A stretch of DNA of 57,758 bases from Pseudomonadota bacterium (GCA_018623135.1 JAAZVW010000005.1:1-57758), one strand, 5' to 3'. Counted from the stretch's first letter, positions 28,832-38,244 are shown. A program made the numbers and translations. The notes: a model not told the origin generated them from the sequence alone.

Positions 28832-28929
28832 TAAAAAAAGGGCGCCTAGGGGGAGGCGCCAAAGTTGCTTAAAGGGGAGAAACTTTAAGCAATTCGCTCT
28901 AGAGAGTGGGTAACCCCTTTCGGGGTTAC
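28832..28929 (-). ncRNA. candidate small RNA: three tandem perfect hairpins ending in a minus-strand intrinsic terminator
   Basis: On the minus strand, 5' to 3': GUAACCCC-GAAA-GGGGUUAC, then UUGCUUAAAG-UUUCUCCC-CUUUAAGCAA, then GGCGCC-UCCCCCUA-GGCGCC followed by UUUUUUU. The 5' end is not defined. No Rfam family recognised by eye. Confidence 0.3.
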
Positions 28930-29282
28930 GTGCTCAACGGTGGGTGCTACATAGCAAAAACAAAATGATTTTGGCATATATCACGAGTCGTTGATCCTTA
29001 ACTTACGCAAGCGTATGTTAAGACTTTTAGTGCCCTTATAACCACATAAAGTGGCAGATAGAGGCTGCCTAAAAAGGGTAGATGAAAAGCTTAAAAAGCT
29101 TTTGCCTGTTAAACGTGATTCGAAGAGAATAGGATTTGTATACCATAGTCTTTTAAAATGCAACAAAAAAGAGACAGCAATATATGTAAACTTTGGCTTT
29201 TGCTGTTCATTTGCTTAAAAGCTGATTAAAATGGTGCTGTTATTATGATTTTTAGATTATTGATGATTAAGGGTTATCTTTT

Positions 29283-31148
29283 ATGTTTTCAATGGTAATT
29301 GGCTTACTAGTTTGTTTAATTGTTATGGCCGTTTATTTGGCCTTAGGTCGTGTTGTTGCAGCCCACGTGGGTTGTGGCTCTATGGTGACGCCATTTAGAG
29401 CAATGTTTACAGGTTTGGGCTTATGGTATTTATGGACGTTAGTGTTCCATATAACCTTAGGTGTAAACTTAGATATGACATGGTTTACTTTTTTTGTTTC
29501 TGCCATTGTACTTGCCATTGTTTTAACAAAAGCCCACGCTATTGAAACAGAAAAAATTAGGCTTTTTTGGGTGCAGGTTTTATTAGCGCTGGCGTTGCTT
29601 GCCCCTGTGTTATTATTAGCTAGTTTTGATGTACCGACGAAGCTTTATGAGTTTTTAGACACGCTTAATAATGCTCAGGTATTGGCGGATACAAAAAATT
29701 TACCAGAAGGTGGTACTTACCAAGCCTTGGGTTATTTTGCGCCAGAACAACCGCAGTTGCTACAAATTATGGCGGCACCTTTTTCTTTAATGTATGGCAA
29801 ATTGCCTGAAGCTATTTTTACGATTCTTAATCTGTTAATTCTGGCAAGTTTAACGGGGGCTGTTTCACGTACTGTGGGTGTGGAGCTTAATGGTAAAAAT
29901 GTTGTTATTGCGACTGTACTTGCTTTATTAGGTTTAACATTATTTAACCCTGTTTTTGATGATAGCCTTTTGTTAAGCGCTAATTATAATTGGCTTACTG
30001 CAGCACTCTTTTTTGCAGTGCTTACACCTGCGCTTATGTCTGAGCCTATTGTAAAATGGGTGTCGGTTTTACCTTCTGCCTTTATTGCAATTGCTTTAGT
30101 AGGTGTGCATGAAAACGGCTTATACTTATTTGGTTTTGCTTATTTTGTGTGGATTGTGCGTAGCCTTGCTGAGTATAAGGGTGATCCTAAATCTTTAATT
30201 GGTTTATTGGCTTTATTTGTGCTGCCTGTTTCGGCTGTGTTTGCTTGGGAAAGCTATACATTAGAACAGGGTATGGGCTTTGCTTATGCCAGATATAATT
30301 TTGATATTGCAAATGTATCTAGCGCAGTTTCGGCACTGATTTCTGTGATGATGTATCAGCCATTAACAATGTTTTTAGTGGCGGTGATTATTTATGCACT
30401 GGTAAAAGATTTTGCACAAAACGTACGTGGTATGCGTACTTTTAGTGAATTTTTGAGAGAGAAATCTTACCTTTGGGTGCCTGCTTGTGCCTTTTTGTTC
30501 TACTTTGTATATGTTTCGGTTATGGCGGCGACACAGCATCCGGAAGTGGCTAAAGCTATGGCGATTACGCATTTACAGCACATACAATTTTTATTATTGG
30601 TACCACTGTGGCGTTATTTAGTGCATTTGTATGCCGATAAGTTGGATTTAAAAGGGTGGTTAAGCCAAATGCCAACGCGTGTTTCTGTGATTGCAATTGC
30701 TGTCTTTGTAGGCCTTGTGTTTATTAATAGAGATCATTTTACAGATACACAATCTGCCCCTGTAGAGCATACAATTGTGGTTGCTAAAGATATTGAACAG
30801 CGTTTTAAATCTGCACAAAAGATAGCGGTATTGGATAAAACTAATTTAGCGCCTTTGTATGCTTCTATTTTACAGTATGGTTTGCAGCGTAATACCATAG
30901 CTGAAAGTGTTGCTGTGACTTTTTATGAGCAAACAACTCAGATAGAAGATTTCCATAAAGCCTTAGTGGCAGATAGGTTTGATTACTTATGGGTGCATGT
31001 ACCAGATACGGATGTGCAGACGCGCATTGACCCGCAGCTTATGGCTGATCATTCTTATTTATTTAGGGTGACGCCGACGTATTTACAGTTTGTTGCGAAG
31101 TATCCGCATCTTGCTTATCAGCAATCTTTCTTAAATACATCTAAGTAA
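29283..31148 (+). CDS. large polytopic membrane protein with a C-terminal soluble domain, unknown function
   Basis: 621-aa ORF with more than 10 hydrophobic segments, then about 150 aa of non-hydrophobic sequence. No family recognised. Confidence 0.65.
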   Translation: MFSMVIGLLVCLIVMAVYLALGRVVAAHVGCGSMVTPFRAMFTGLGLWYLWTLVFHITLGVNLDMTWFTFFVSAIVLAIVLTKAHAIETEKIRLFWVQVLLALALLAPVLLLASFDVPTKLYEFLDTLNNAQVLADTKNLPEGGTYQALGYFAPEQPQLLQIMAAPFSLMYGKLPEAIFTILNLLILASLTGAVSRTVGVELNGKNVVIATVLALLGLTLFNPVFDDSLLLSANYNWLTAALFFAVLTPALMSEPIVKWVSVLPSAFIAIALVGVHENGLYLFGFAYFVWIVRSLAEYKGDPKSLIGLLALFVLPVSAVFAWESYTLEQGMGFAYARYNFDIANVSSAVSALISVMMYQPLTMFLVAVIIYALVKDFAQNVRGMRTFSEFLREKSYLWVPACAFLFYFVYVSVMAATQHPEVAKAMAITHLQHIQFLLLVPLWRYLVHLYADKLDLKGWLSQMPTRVSVIAIAVFVGLVFINRDHFTDTQSAPVEHTIVVAKDIEQRFKSAQKIAVLDKTNLAPLYASILQYGLQRNTIAESVAVTFYEQTTQIEDFHKALVADRFDYLWVHVPDTDVQTRIDPQLMADHSYLFRVTPTYLQFVAKYPHLAYQQSFLNTSK

Positions 31149-31151
31149 AAT

Positions 31152-31176
31152 AAAAGCGCCTATATGGCGCTTTTTT
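31152..31176. terminator. bidirectional intrinsic terminator
   Basis: aaaagcgcc-tatat-ggcgctttt between convergent genes. Confidence 0.8.
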
Positions 31177-31849
31177 ATTTTTTGAAGACACCAAAGGCAT
31201 CGGGATTTTGCCAGAGTTTTGGTTGTGCATAGGGTTGCTGCTGTTGTGTGGGTGACTTTTTAAAGTTAGGACGAAGATGTGCAGGGTTGTAGGTTTGATC
31301 GATATAGTCGGCAAGGCCGTATTCGAGCTCTGATTTAAGGACAAAGCGTGCATCTTTAGAATCCCAATTTGTGAAACCTTCTATAATACCAATAAGCTGC
31401 ATGTCTCTATTAATCACCATTGTGTAGGGGAATTTTTGCACGTCTTGATGTAGGGTGACGGCTGCTTTTTTATCTCGGTATACGCCGAGTTTATCTACAC
31501 CTAGTTTGGCGAGGTAGCGGGTGATTTTTATTTCTGAGTCACGAGGGTCTGAATTTAGAGGGATGACTTTTAGACCTAAAGGTTCAAACTCTTTAGCGAT
31601 TTTGTTGAGGTCGGGCATTTCTTTTAGGCAAGGAGTGCACCAGGTTGCCCATAAATTAAGAAGAACAACGTTGCCTTTAAAATCACTTAAGCGGACGCTT
31701 TGGTTATTTTGGGTGTAAAATTCAAAATCGGGGAGCTCTTTAGGGCGTACCAGTTGCTTATAGTTTTGGAACGGGCTTGTTTGCGCTGCGACAACTGAAG
31801 ACAGAAGTACTGTTGACATTAGTGAGATCATGACGCATATTTTATGCAT
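31175..31849 (-). CDS. TlpA-like periplasmic thiol:disulfide oxidoreductase (thioredoxin fold)
   Basis: Signal peptide and a WATWCTPCLKEMP CxxC motif. The ATG at 31849 has the RBS AAGGGGAAG. The ORF track extends to 31894. Confidence 0.8.
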   Translation of the reverse strand: MHKICVMISLMSTVLLSSVVAAQTSPFQNYKQLVRPKELPDFEFYTQNNQSVRLSDFKGNVVLLNLWATWCTPCLKEMPDLNKIAKEFEPLGLKVIPLNSDPRDSEIKITRYLAKLGVDKLGVYRDKKAAVTLHQDVQKFPYTMVINRDMQLIGIIEGFTNWDSKDARFVLKSELEYGLADYIDQTYNPAHLRPNFKKSPTQQQQPYAQPKLWQNPDAFGVFKK

Positions 31850-31922
31850 AGAAAACTTCCCCTTAAAGCTATTGTTGTATATTCTAATATGCATTGTAGA
31901 ACTGGAATTTGAAAGGTTAAAA

Positions 31923-32042
31923 ATGAAAAATTTTGCATTAATTTGTGCTGTTCTTGCTTTTGCTGCACTTATTTCGGGCTGTGGACATCGTGCTAACTTA
32001 ACGGCACCAGAAGATCAGATTCAAGATAGTCGATCTTATTAA
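31923..32042 (+). CDS. small lipoprotein (39 aa), YifL/LptM-like
   Basis: MKNFALICAVLAFAALISGCGHRANL..., with lipobox LISGC and RBS gaaaggttaaaa. The size and GCG motif resemble the small lipoproteins common in proteobacteria. Confidence 0.5.
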   Translation: MKNFALICAVLAFAALISGCGHRANLTAPEDQIQDSRSY

Positions 32043-32095
32043 ATCTGCCAAGTTTTACAATTTATAAACTCTTAAACTAGCCGGTTAGGGCACAC

Positions 32096-34339
32096 ATGCT
32101 TTATATTTCTTACACAGTATCTGTTGTTTTATATTTTTTAAGTAGTATTGTGCCGCTTTTGTTTAAGTGGTTGTTGCCTTTTATTGTTTATGGGGCGTTG
32201 GTAGGCTTTGGCTTTTTTAATATGTTGCCTGCATTTGTACAATTTGTAGCCTTTTTGGCCGCAGTTGTTGTTGCGACATGGGTGGCGTTAAAAGATAAGA
32301 GATTTATGAGAGTTGCTGTACCGAGTAGATCTTTCTTTTTAAGGCAGATAGAAAAGCAAAATGGTCTAGAAAAAGGTGTGCTTTCTTTTGGTAAAAAAAA
32401 GCCAGCGGCGCCTTTGAATCCTTATCAAAAACAATTGTGGCAAGCGTACTTCTCTAAAAAAAATCAAAAGTTTAGTTATTTTTTAAAGCCTGCGCCTTTT
32501 GCTGTGCATAGGGTTTATGTATATGGTTGGCCTTATGCGCTGTTAATGGTGCTTGTTGTGGCAAGTTATGTGGGTAAGGGTGTTTTTAACCCGTTACCAA
32601 GGCTTTTTTCTGTAGATGATATTTACCAAATTCAGTTGGCATATACGCCCCCTGAATATACTCAGGTTGCTGAAGGTTATTTAAAAGAAAATAGGAAAAC
32701 ATTATTACCTGAAGGTACAGAGGTGTCAGTTCTTTTGCGTGCACGTTCTGAGCTTTTTGTGCGCCCTCATTTGTTAACGGATGAAGCTCGTGTGGCGTTA
32801 AATGAGCAAGATAAAACCTACAGTGCCACCTATGTGCTGAAAGAAAGTACAAAAATTGAAGTGACCTTTATGGGGTATCAGTTATTTTCTGCTGATATTG
32901 ATGTTGTTAAAGATACGCCGCCCACCATTAAAATAAAACAACCTGTTAAGCAGACAGACCAAAATGCGCTTGATATAGCTTATGTGTTTAAAGATGACTA
33001 CGGCTTAAGTTCTATGGATTTGATTGTGGATAGAAAAGGTACGGAAAGCCGTTATCCGATTTTTAATTTTTCTAAATCAAAAGAAGGTGAGGCGGGTTTT
33101 GTAAAAGATATTTTAGAACACCCTTATGCAGGGCTTTCTGTTGATTTATCATTAGAAGTAACGGATGCTTTTGGCCATAAGGTGATTTCTAAATCGGAAC
33201 CTTATATTTTACCAAAACCACGTTTAGAACATCCTGTAGCGCAGGCGTTAGTAGATATTCGTAAAGAGCTCTTTTTGGGGCAAAAGCATTGGCATGAGTT
33301 GGCGTATCAGTTAGAGCCTTTTATTAGGCAGCCTCAATTATATAAAGAAGATAAATTTGCCTTTATGACCATAGCAATGGCGCAACATTTATTGCTTATG
33401 GATGAGCGCAGTAAAGAAATGCGTGTAGGTAACCACCTATGGGAAGCGGCAATGCGTATTGAAAAAGGGCCGTTAGGGCAGCTTTTAGAGCGCGCTAAAG
33501 AGCGTTTAGAATACGTACAGCAAGATATCCACCAGCAGCGTAGCTACTCAGATACCAAACCAAATTACATTGCTTTTGAACAAGCTTTAATGGATTTATT
33601 AGGGGCGGTTGCTTTTCATGGAGATAGTTTGTGGGGGCGGCAAGCAGGTGCTTTAAGGCGAGATGACTTTTTAAGATTGCTTACCAAGTTGCATCAGGAG
33701 CTTGTTGGAGCCAATTTAAAGGCCGCTTTAGGTACAGCGGATAAACTTGCGCGCTTATTGGGAATGATTAACCCAAGTAACTCTGATAAAGCTAATGAGC
33801 TTTATGAAGCACTTAAAAAAATGCTAGAGCAGTTTATGTCGGCTGAGCAAGATTTGGCCTCTTTACAGGAAAAGGCCTTTAAGGATGGTAAACCGCAAGC
33901 GCTTACAGAACAAGATTTGCAAAAAATTGCCGAGCTTATAAAGCAATTGCAGCAATTAAAGCAACAGATGGAAGGTGCACCAGAAGTGCAGCAAATGCTT
34001 GAGCGTGCGATGCAAGCGCTGGGGCAAGCTACTGAGCTTTCTAAGCAGGGTAAGCATGGTCAGGCGCAGCAATTTTTGCAAGAAGCCATGAAAGGCTTAA
34101 TGCAAGGCAGGCAAGGGTTTTTAGAACATTTGCGTAAGCAAATGGGCCAAAGTGGTATGGAAGGTATGAAAAGAGACCCTTCTGGTAATTTTGTAGGTGA
34201 GGATGAAGCTGTTGTGGGGGATGAAAGCCCTGCGGAGCTTTCTAAGAAAATTAGAGATCAGCTGTTTGAAAAATCTGCAGATCAGGAACGTCCGCAAGCT
34301 GAAAAAGATTACTTTAAGCGCTTGTTAGAACGTTTTTAG
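32096..34339 (+). CDS. TIGR02302/DUF4175-like membrane protein with Gln-rich low-complexity C-terminus
   Basis: 747 aa. N-terminal TM helices, a long soluble region, and Q/E/K/L-rich low complexity near the C-terminus. This matches my recollection of the alphaproteobacterial aProt_lowcomp family. Confidence 0.6.
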   Translation: MLYISYTVSVVLYFLSSIVPLLFKWLLPFIVYGALVGFGFFNMLPAFVQFVAFLAAVVVATWVALKDKRFMRVAVPSRSFFLRQIEKQNGLEKGVLSFGKKKPAAPLNPYQKQLWQAYFSKKNQKFSYFLKPAPFAVHRVYVYGWPYALLMVLVVASYVGKGVFNPLPRLFSVDDIYQIQLAYTPPEYTQVAEGYLKENRKTLLPEGTEVSVLLRARSELFVRPHLLTDEARVALNEQDKTYSATYVLKESTKIEVTFMGYQLFSADIDVVKDTPPTIKIKQPVKQTDQNALDIAYVFKDDYGLSSMDLIVDRKGTESRYPIFNFSKSKEGEAGFVKDILEHPYAGLSVDLSLEVTDAFGHKVISKSEPYILPKPRLEHPVAQALVDIRKELFLGQKHWHELAYQLEPFIRQPQLYKEDKFAFMTIAMAQHLLLMDERSKEMRVGNHLWEAAMRIEKGPLGQLLERAKERLEYVQQDIHQQRSYSDTKPNYIAFEQALMDLLGAVAFHGDSLWGRQAGALRRDDFLRLLTKLHQELVGANLKAALGTADKLARLLGMINPSNSDKANELYEALKKMLEQFMSAEQDLASLQEKAFKDGKPQALTEQDLQKIAELIKQLQQLKQQMEGAPEVQQMLERAMQALGQATELSKQGKHGQAQQFLQEAMKGLMQGRQGFLEHLRKQMGQSGMEGMKRDPSGNFVGEDEAVVGDESPAELSKKIRDQLFEKSADQERPQAEKDYFKRLLERF

Positions 34340-34692
34340 TTTTGTTCTTGTAGCTGTTTATCTCGGTAAGATTTTATATGAAGCAGCCCTTGCTCTGCTT
34401 TTTGTAGATAGAGTTTGGCGGTATTTAGCAGGGCTTCTTGGTCTTTTTCATCAAAGTTTTTTAGGTAGGTTTTTGCCTGAGCAATAAAGCTTTGAAGTTG
34501 TTCTTTATCCATCTGTGCAAGTTCTTGACGAATTTTATTGAAGCTTTCTTCAACTGTCAGTTTTTTATATTCATTGTATTTGTTGAGTGCTTGGTTGCTA
34601 AACGCCATGAGTTTTTCCTGCCAAGGCTCTTCAGCCTGAGCGTTTAGGCAAAAAGTGAAGCCTAATAAAAGGTAGAGGGTGAATTTATACAT
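34336..34692 (-). CDS. small secreted helical protein (118 aa)
   Basis: Signal peptide ...CLNAQA-EE. The rest is K/E/Q-rich and helical-looking. Its stop overlaps the convergent 32096-34339 gene by 4 nt. Confidence 0.55.
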   Translation of the reverse strand: MYKFTLYLLLGFTFCLNAQAEEPWQEKLMAFSNQALNKYNEYKKLTVEESFNKIRQELAQMDKEQLQSFIAQAKTYLKNFDEKDQEALLNTAKLYLQKAEQGLLHIKSYRDKQLQEQN

Positions 34693-34704
34693 TGTTTGTG
34701 GCCT

Positions 34705-35124
34705 TTATTGTTGGTCTACATTATGCCAAGGCAATTGGTGCTCTTCTAAGCCTTTTTTAAGAGATTCGAGGTCTTGATCTGAAAGGTTATGCTGTTCTTT
34801 TGCAATATCTAAAATATAGGCGTTTGCCTCGTCTTGCATGGCGCGGCGTTGGTCATCTGTCATATTACGCATACGGTTTAGTATAGTTTCTGCTAGTTGA
34901 TCAGCGACACTGTATTTATCGCGGTTATCACGCAGTTCTTCTACAACTTTATTGGCTTCTGCTTTTACGTCTTCCGGTAGGCTTTCATAATTGGCACGGG
35001 CTTCTGCCTCTAGGTCTCGGCCATTGTATTGGCTTTGGTCGCCTTGCCACTCGTAAGGATCGTCTAATGCAAAAGCTGGCGCTGAAATGATAAAGCTAAA
35101 GATGAAAATTTTTGTCCACATCAT
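34705..35124 (-). CDS. small secreted acidic helical protein (139 aa)
   Basis: Signal peptide ...SAPAFA-LD. Contains MTDDQ and LSDQD motifs, which resemble LTxxQ. Confidence 0.55.
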   Translation of the reverse strand: MMWTKIFIFSFIISAPAFALDDPYEWQGDQSQYNGRDLEAEARANYESLPEDVKAEANKVVEELRDNRDKYSVADQLAETILNRMRNMTDDQRRAMQDEANAYILDIAKEQHNLSDQDLESLKKGLEEHQLPWHNVDQQ

Positions 35125-35365
35125 GTAAATTACCCTTTTTTATTACCCTAATTGTTTATGGGCTTGGGCACAAGTTTAAAACTTAAAAGAAACTGTCAGG
35201 AAAACATAAAGGGTTGTTTGTGGGGGGGCGCATAAATGACTAACAACAACTCACTCCTCTTGGAGAGGTACCTTTTTACAGAATCTGCTTTTAAAGTGGG
35301 TTTTGATAATTTGTGTATCGACTTCGGAGGATATCTTCATGACGCACTTCACTTGGAGGTGATTT

Positions 35366-35680
35366 ATGCGTACTATACTGTTTTTTGTTCTTCTAGTTTC
35401 TTTTGCATCTGCTTCTGCAGGTGAGAGTTTTGGAGGTCATTTGACCTTCGAACAAACAGAAGAACTTAACATAAGCTGGCATGCGGAGGAGGCACATGAT
35501 GCCTTTGCCCGTATGCCAGCTGAAAAGAAGGAGGCTTTTTTGAAGTCTTCGTTGTTTGATATGCTGGTAAAGAGACTGGATAGCCTTAAAGGATGTCCGG
35601 TGATGCCAGAGGCAGATAGCTTTTGCTATTTGCAACGTACCAAGCTGGAGGTTACGATCAGTGACATCCAGCATTATTAA
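35366..35680 (+). CDS. small secreted protein (104 aa)
   Basis: RBS ggaggtg. Signal peptide ...SFASASA-GE. Contains an LTFEQ motif and two Cys. Confidence 0.55.
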   Translation: MRTILFFVLLVSFASASAGESFGGHLTFEQTEELNISWHAEEAHDAFARMPAEKKEAFLKSSLFDMLVKRLDSLKGCPVMPEADSFCYLQRTKLEVTISDIQHY

Positions 35681-35685
35681 TAAAA

Positions 35686-35720
35686 AGCACCTCTTCTCCT
35701 CCGAGAGAGGTGCTTTTTTT
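35686..35720 (+). terminator. intrinsic terminator
   Basis: agcacctct...agaggtgct stem followed by TTTTTTT. Confidence 0.8.
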
Positions 35721-35774
35721 ATGGAGAAAGATGCCCATACTTGTTATGATGCAAGCCTAATAAGGAGAATAAGA

Positions 35775-36116
35775 ATGGTTGTTATCTATCATAACCCACG
35801 TTGTAGTAAATCACGCCAGGCATTGGCTATTTTAGAAGCCAGTGGCGCGCAGGTGGAGATTGTTAAATACCTTGAAACACCGCCAACAAAGGCGACTTTG
35901 GTAAAAGCACTTAAGTTGTTAGGACGAGATGTGATGTTGCGCAATAAAGAAGAGGCCTTTAAAACAGAAATTAAGGCAAAAATGACTGATATGACAGATG
36001 AAGAACTTGCTGAGCTTATGCTTAAAAACCCGACAGTTATTGAGCGCCCGTTGGTTGTGAATGGGGATAAGATGGCGATGGGGCGTCCGCCAGAAAATGT
36101 AACGGATATTCTTTAA
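35775..36116 (+). CDS. arsC: arsenate reductase, glutaredoxin-dependent ArsC family
   Basis: The ATG at 35775 has the RBS aaggag and gives MVVIYHNPRCSKSRQAL...YLETPP, the ArsC N-terminal Cys motif. The ORF track starts upstream inside the terminator. Confidence 0.85.
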   Translation: MVVIYHNPRCSKSRQALAILEASGAQVEIVKYLETPPTKATLVKALKLLGRDVMLRNKEEAFKTEIKAKMTDMTDEELAELMLKNPTVIERPLVVNGDKMAMGRPPENVTDIL

Positions 36117-36120
36117 AACT

Positions 36121-36717
36121 ATGATGATTCTACCAGAACCACTTGATAAATTAATGCAAGCCTTTGGTAAATTGCCTGGGTTGGGGCGTCGTTCTGCGCA
36201 AAGAGCTGTACTGCACTTGCTGACAGATAAGTCCGCTATGGAAATTTTTTGTCAGTTATTACAAGAGGCGCAGGAAAAGATAGAGGTTTGCGCATGTTGC
36301 GGTAATATATCGAGCCAAAACCCTTGCCACATTTGTGCAGATGAAAAGCGCCAACTCAAAAGTATTTGTGTGATAGAAGGTGTTGCCGATTTGTGGGCGA
36401 TGGAAAAAGCACAAGCTTTTGAAGGGCGCTACTTTATTTTAGGTGGTGTGATGAACATGATGGCTGGTGTGACAGCTGAAAAACTTAATATTCCGAAACT
36501 GGTTGAGCAGGTAAAGCAAAATAATATAGAAGAAGTTATTTTAGCGCTTTCTGCTTCTGTTGATGGGCAAGCGACCGCGCAATATATTGCTGAAAGCCTA
36601 GAAGGAGTTGATGTGAATGTAACGACCCTTGCTAAAGGCATACCTATGGGTGCTGATGTGGATTATATGGATGAGGGTACGTTAAGCCTTGCTTTAAGAG
36701 GGCGTCAGAAATTTTAA
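36121..36717 (+). CDS. recR: recombination protein RecR
   Basis: N-terminal LPGLGRRSAQR helix-hairpin-helix, a C4 zinc finger CACCGN...CHIC, and a Toprim region. Confidence 0.93.
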   Translation: MMILPEPLDKLMQAFGKLPGLGRRSAQRAVLHLLTDKSAMEIFCQLLQEAQEKIEVCACCGNISSQNPCHICADEKRQLKSICVIEGVADLWAMEKAQAFEGRYFILGGVMNMMAGVTAEKLNIPKLVEQVKQNNIEEVILALSASVDGQATAQYIAESLEGVDVNVTTLAKGIPMGADVDYMDEGTLSLALRGRQKF

Positions 36718-36770
36718 ATGTATACTGGAATGGTATTAAGTTCTTTATAATAAAGAAAAAGAGGTAAAAA

Positions 36771-37292
36771 ATGGCACTTGTATATACACCAGAAAGTCAG
36801 ACGTTAGAGAAAATGCCTGCCTTTCGTTTGCTTAATGTGGATGATGTTGAATATAAATCTGCTGATTTGGTGGGTGAAAAGGGTACTTTAGTTATATTTA
36901 TTTGTAACCATTGCCCATATGTGAAAAAAATGATGGGCAGCTTTGCTGAAGAGCTTGAAAAAGTACAGGCGCTTGGGGTTTCTGTTATAGCGATTAATGC
37001 GAATGATGCATCGGTGTATCCTGACGACTCGTTTGACAATATGAAACTTTTTGCGAAAGAAAATGGTTTCAACTTCCCTTATTTGTATGATGAGACACAG
37101 CAAGTTGCAAAATCTTTTGGTGCTGTTTGCACGCCTGACTTTTTTGGTTTTGATGCTGAGGGTTCTCTTGTGTTTAGAGGCTGTTTTGAAGAGGTTTTGC
37201 CTTTTTATGATGCTTTATTAGCAGAGAAAGAATTACCAGAAAAGCAAACACCTTCAATGGGTTGTTCTATTAAATGGCGTGAGTCTGCTTAA
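36771..37292 (+). CDS. thioredoxin-fold protein (AhpC/TSA, PRX-like family)
   Basis: 173 aa. Contains ICNHCPYV in the position of the redox motif. RBS aagaggt. Confidence 0.75.
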   Translation: MALVYTPESQTLEKMPAFRLLNVDDVEYKSADLVGEKGTLVIFICNHCPYVKKMMGSFAEELEKVQALGVSVIAINANDASVYPDDSFDNMKLFAKENGFNFPYLYDETQQVAKSFGAVCTPDFFGFDAEGSLVFRGCFEEVLPFYDALLAEKELPEKQTPSMGCSIKWRESA

Positions 37293-37378
37293 AAATAACT
37301 TGATTTTTAGACATATTGTTTTTATAAGGGTATACAATTAACCTCATCGTTTTATATACTACCCTGTAAGGAGGCGTT

Positions 37379-38215
37379 ATGACACGCTTAAGTGAAACTG
37401 CTTATAGGTTAGAAACCTACAAGCTGATTTTTCAGGTGATTGGCGGTGCTTTGCCCCGTGATTTTAACCAACCGGGTTCTCGTTGGGTTTTAAGCCAGTA
37501 TCGGCGTGCTGATAAAGCAGGGAAAGTTCTGCAATTTAAGGCAAACCCCGCACTTTGCGACCTAATGAACAGCCGTTCAGGCGGTAATATTTCTGTTGAT
37601 TCAGCATGGAAAGAGCCCAGTGTTTGGGATACGGCTGTTGATGCGGCCTTGTGTTCAAAGAAGCATTTTTCGGAAAAAGATTACAAAGTTTTATGTCGTG
37701 CAAATGTGCCGGCAGAAGATTTTTTCTGGATGTTTTTTGTGCGTAATGCAAAAGCTGTTGGTAAAACGCCATTGGAGGCTGTTTTAGACGTTGAAGAAAA
37801 GCTTAAAGCTTATCGCTTTGATCGTCGGCAATCTATATTTAGAAGCCGTTTCGAGGGCTTTTTTGAGGCGCTTGATATGATGAAAGAGCAGAGCCCTGAT
37901 GGTAGCTTATTAGGTTACTTAGCTGATGTTTGGGGAGCTGTACCAGTTGGTTACCAAAAAAATACAGAGCAATTTTTGCTTGAAATTTATTTGGTGGCAT
38001 TTAGCGAGGCGCCAAAGGAATTTATTTCCTTTATAAACCGTCAGAAAAAAAGCAAGGGTACACGTGCTTTTGCTGAAGTAGTTCTTGTTGCCGGTTTGGC
38101 GAAAATGAGTGACGCTCTTGATTTGCTATCAGCGCATTTGGAGGTTTTAGGTTATGCTTATGGACGTAGTTTGATCCGAGGCTTATACAATAAAGCTCAA
38201 AAATGCAGTGCTTAA
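37379..38215 (+). CDS. hypothetical protein (278 aa)
   Basis: RBS aaggagg upstream of the ATG, with a terminator downstream. No TM segment or signal peptide. No family recognised. Confidence 0.6.
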   Translation: MTRLSETAYRLETYKLIFQVIGGALPRDFNQPGSRWVLSQYRRADKAGKVLQFKANPALCDLMNSRSGGNISVDSAWKEPSVWDTAVDAALCSKKHFSEKDYKVLCRANVPAEDFFWMFFVRNAKAVGKTPLEAVLDVEEKLKAYRFDRRQSIFRSRFEGFFEALDMMKEQSPDGSLLGYLADVWGAVPVGYQKNTEQFLLEIYLVAFSEAPKEFISFINRQKKSKGTRAFAEVVLVAGLAKMSDALDLLSAHLEVLGYAYGRSLIRGLYNKAQKCSA

Positions 38216-38244
38216 AAAAGCCGCCCCTAAGGGCGGCTTTTTTG
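38214..38244. terminator. bidirectional intrinsic terminator
   Basis: A-run, then agccgccc-ctaa-gggcggct, then T-run. Confidence 0.8.

Noticed and set aside
28981-29166. 61-aa basic minus-strand ORF in the large hbd/membrane-protein gap
   Set aside because: It has no RBS, its composition is unlike neighbouring genes, and the region is packed with stem-loops. I treat it as RNA or regulatory space, not a CDS.
28820-29282. Possibility that the structured gap encodes tmRNA (including the two-piece alphaproteobacterial form), SRP RNA, 6S RNA or RNase P RNA
   Set aside because: I found no tRNA-like T-arm with a CCA end, no tag ORF ending in the usual Ala-Ala stop, no SRP domain-IV motif and no GGAAAGUCC-type RNase P signature. 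The only TTCGAAT lacks flanking complementary stems. Identity is therefore left open.
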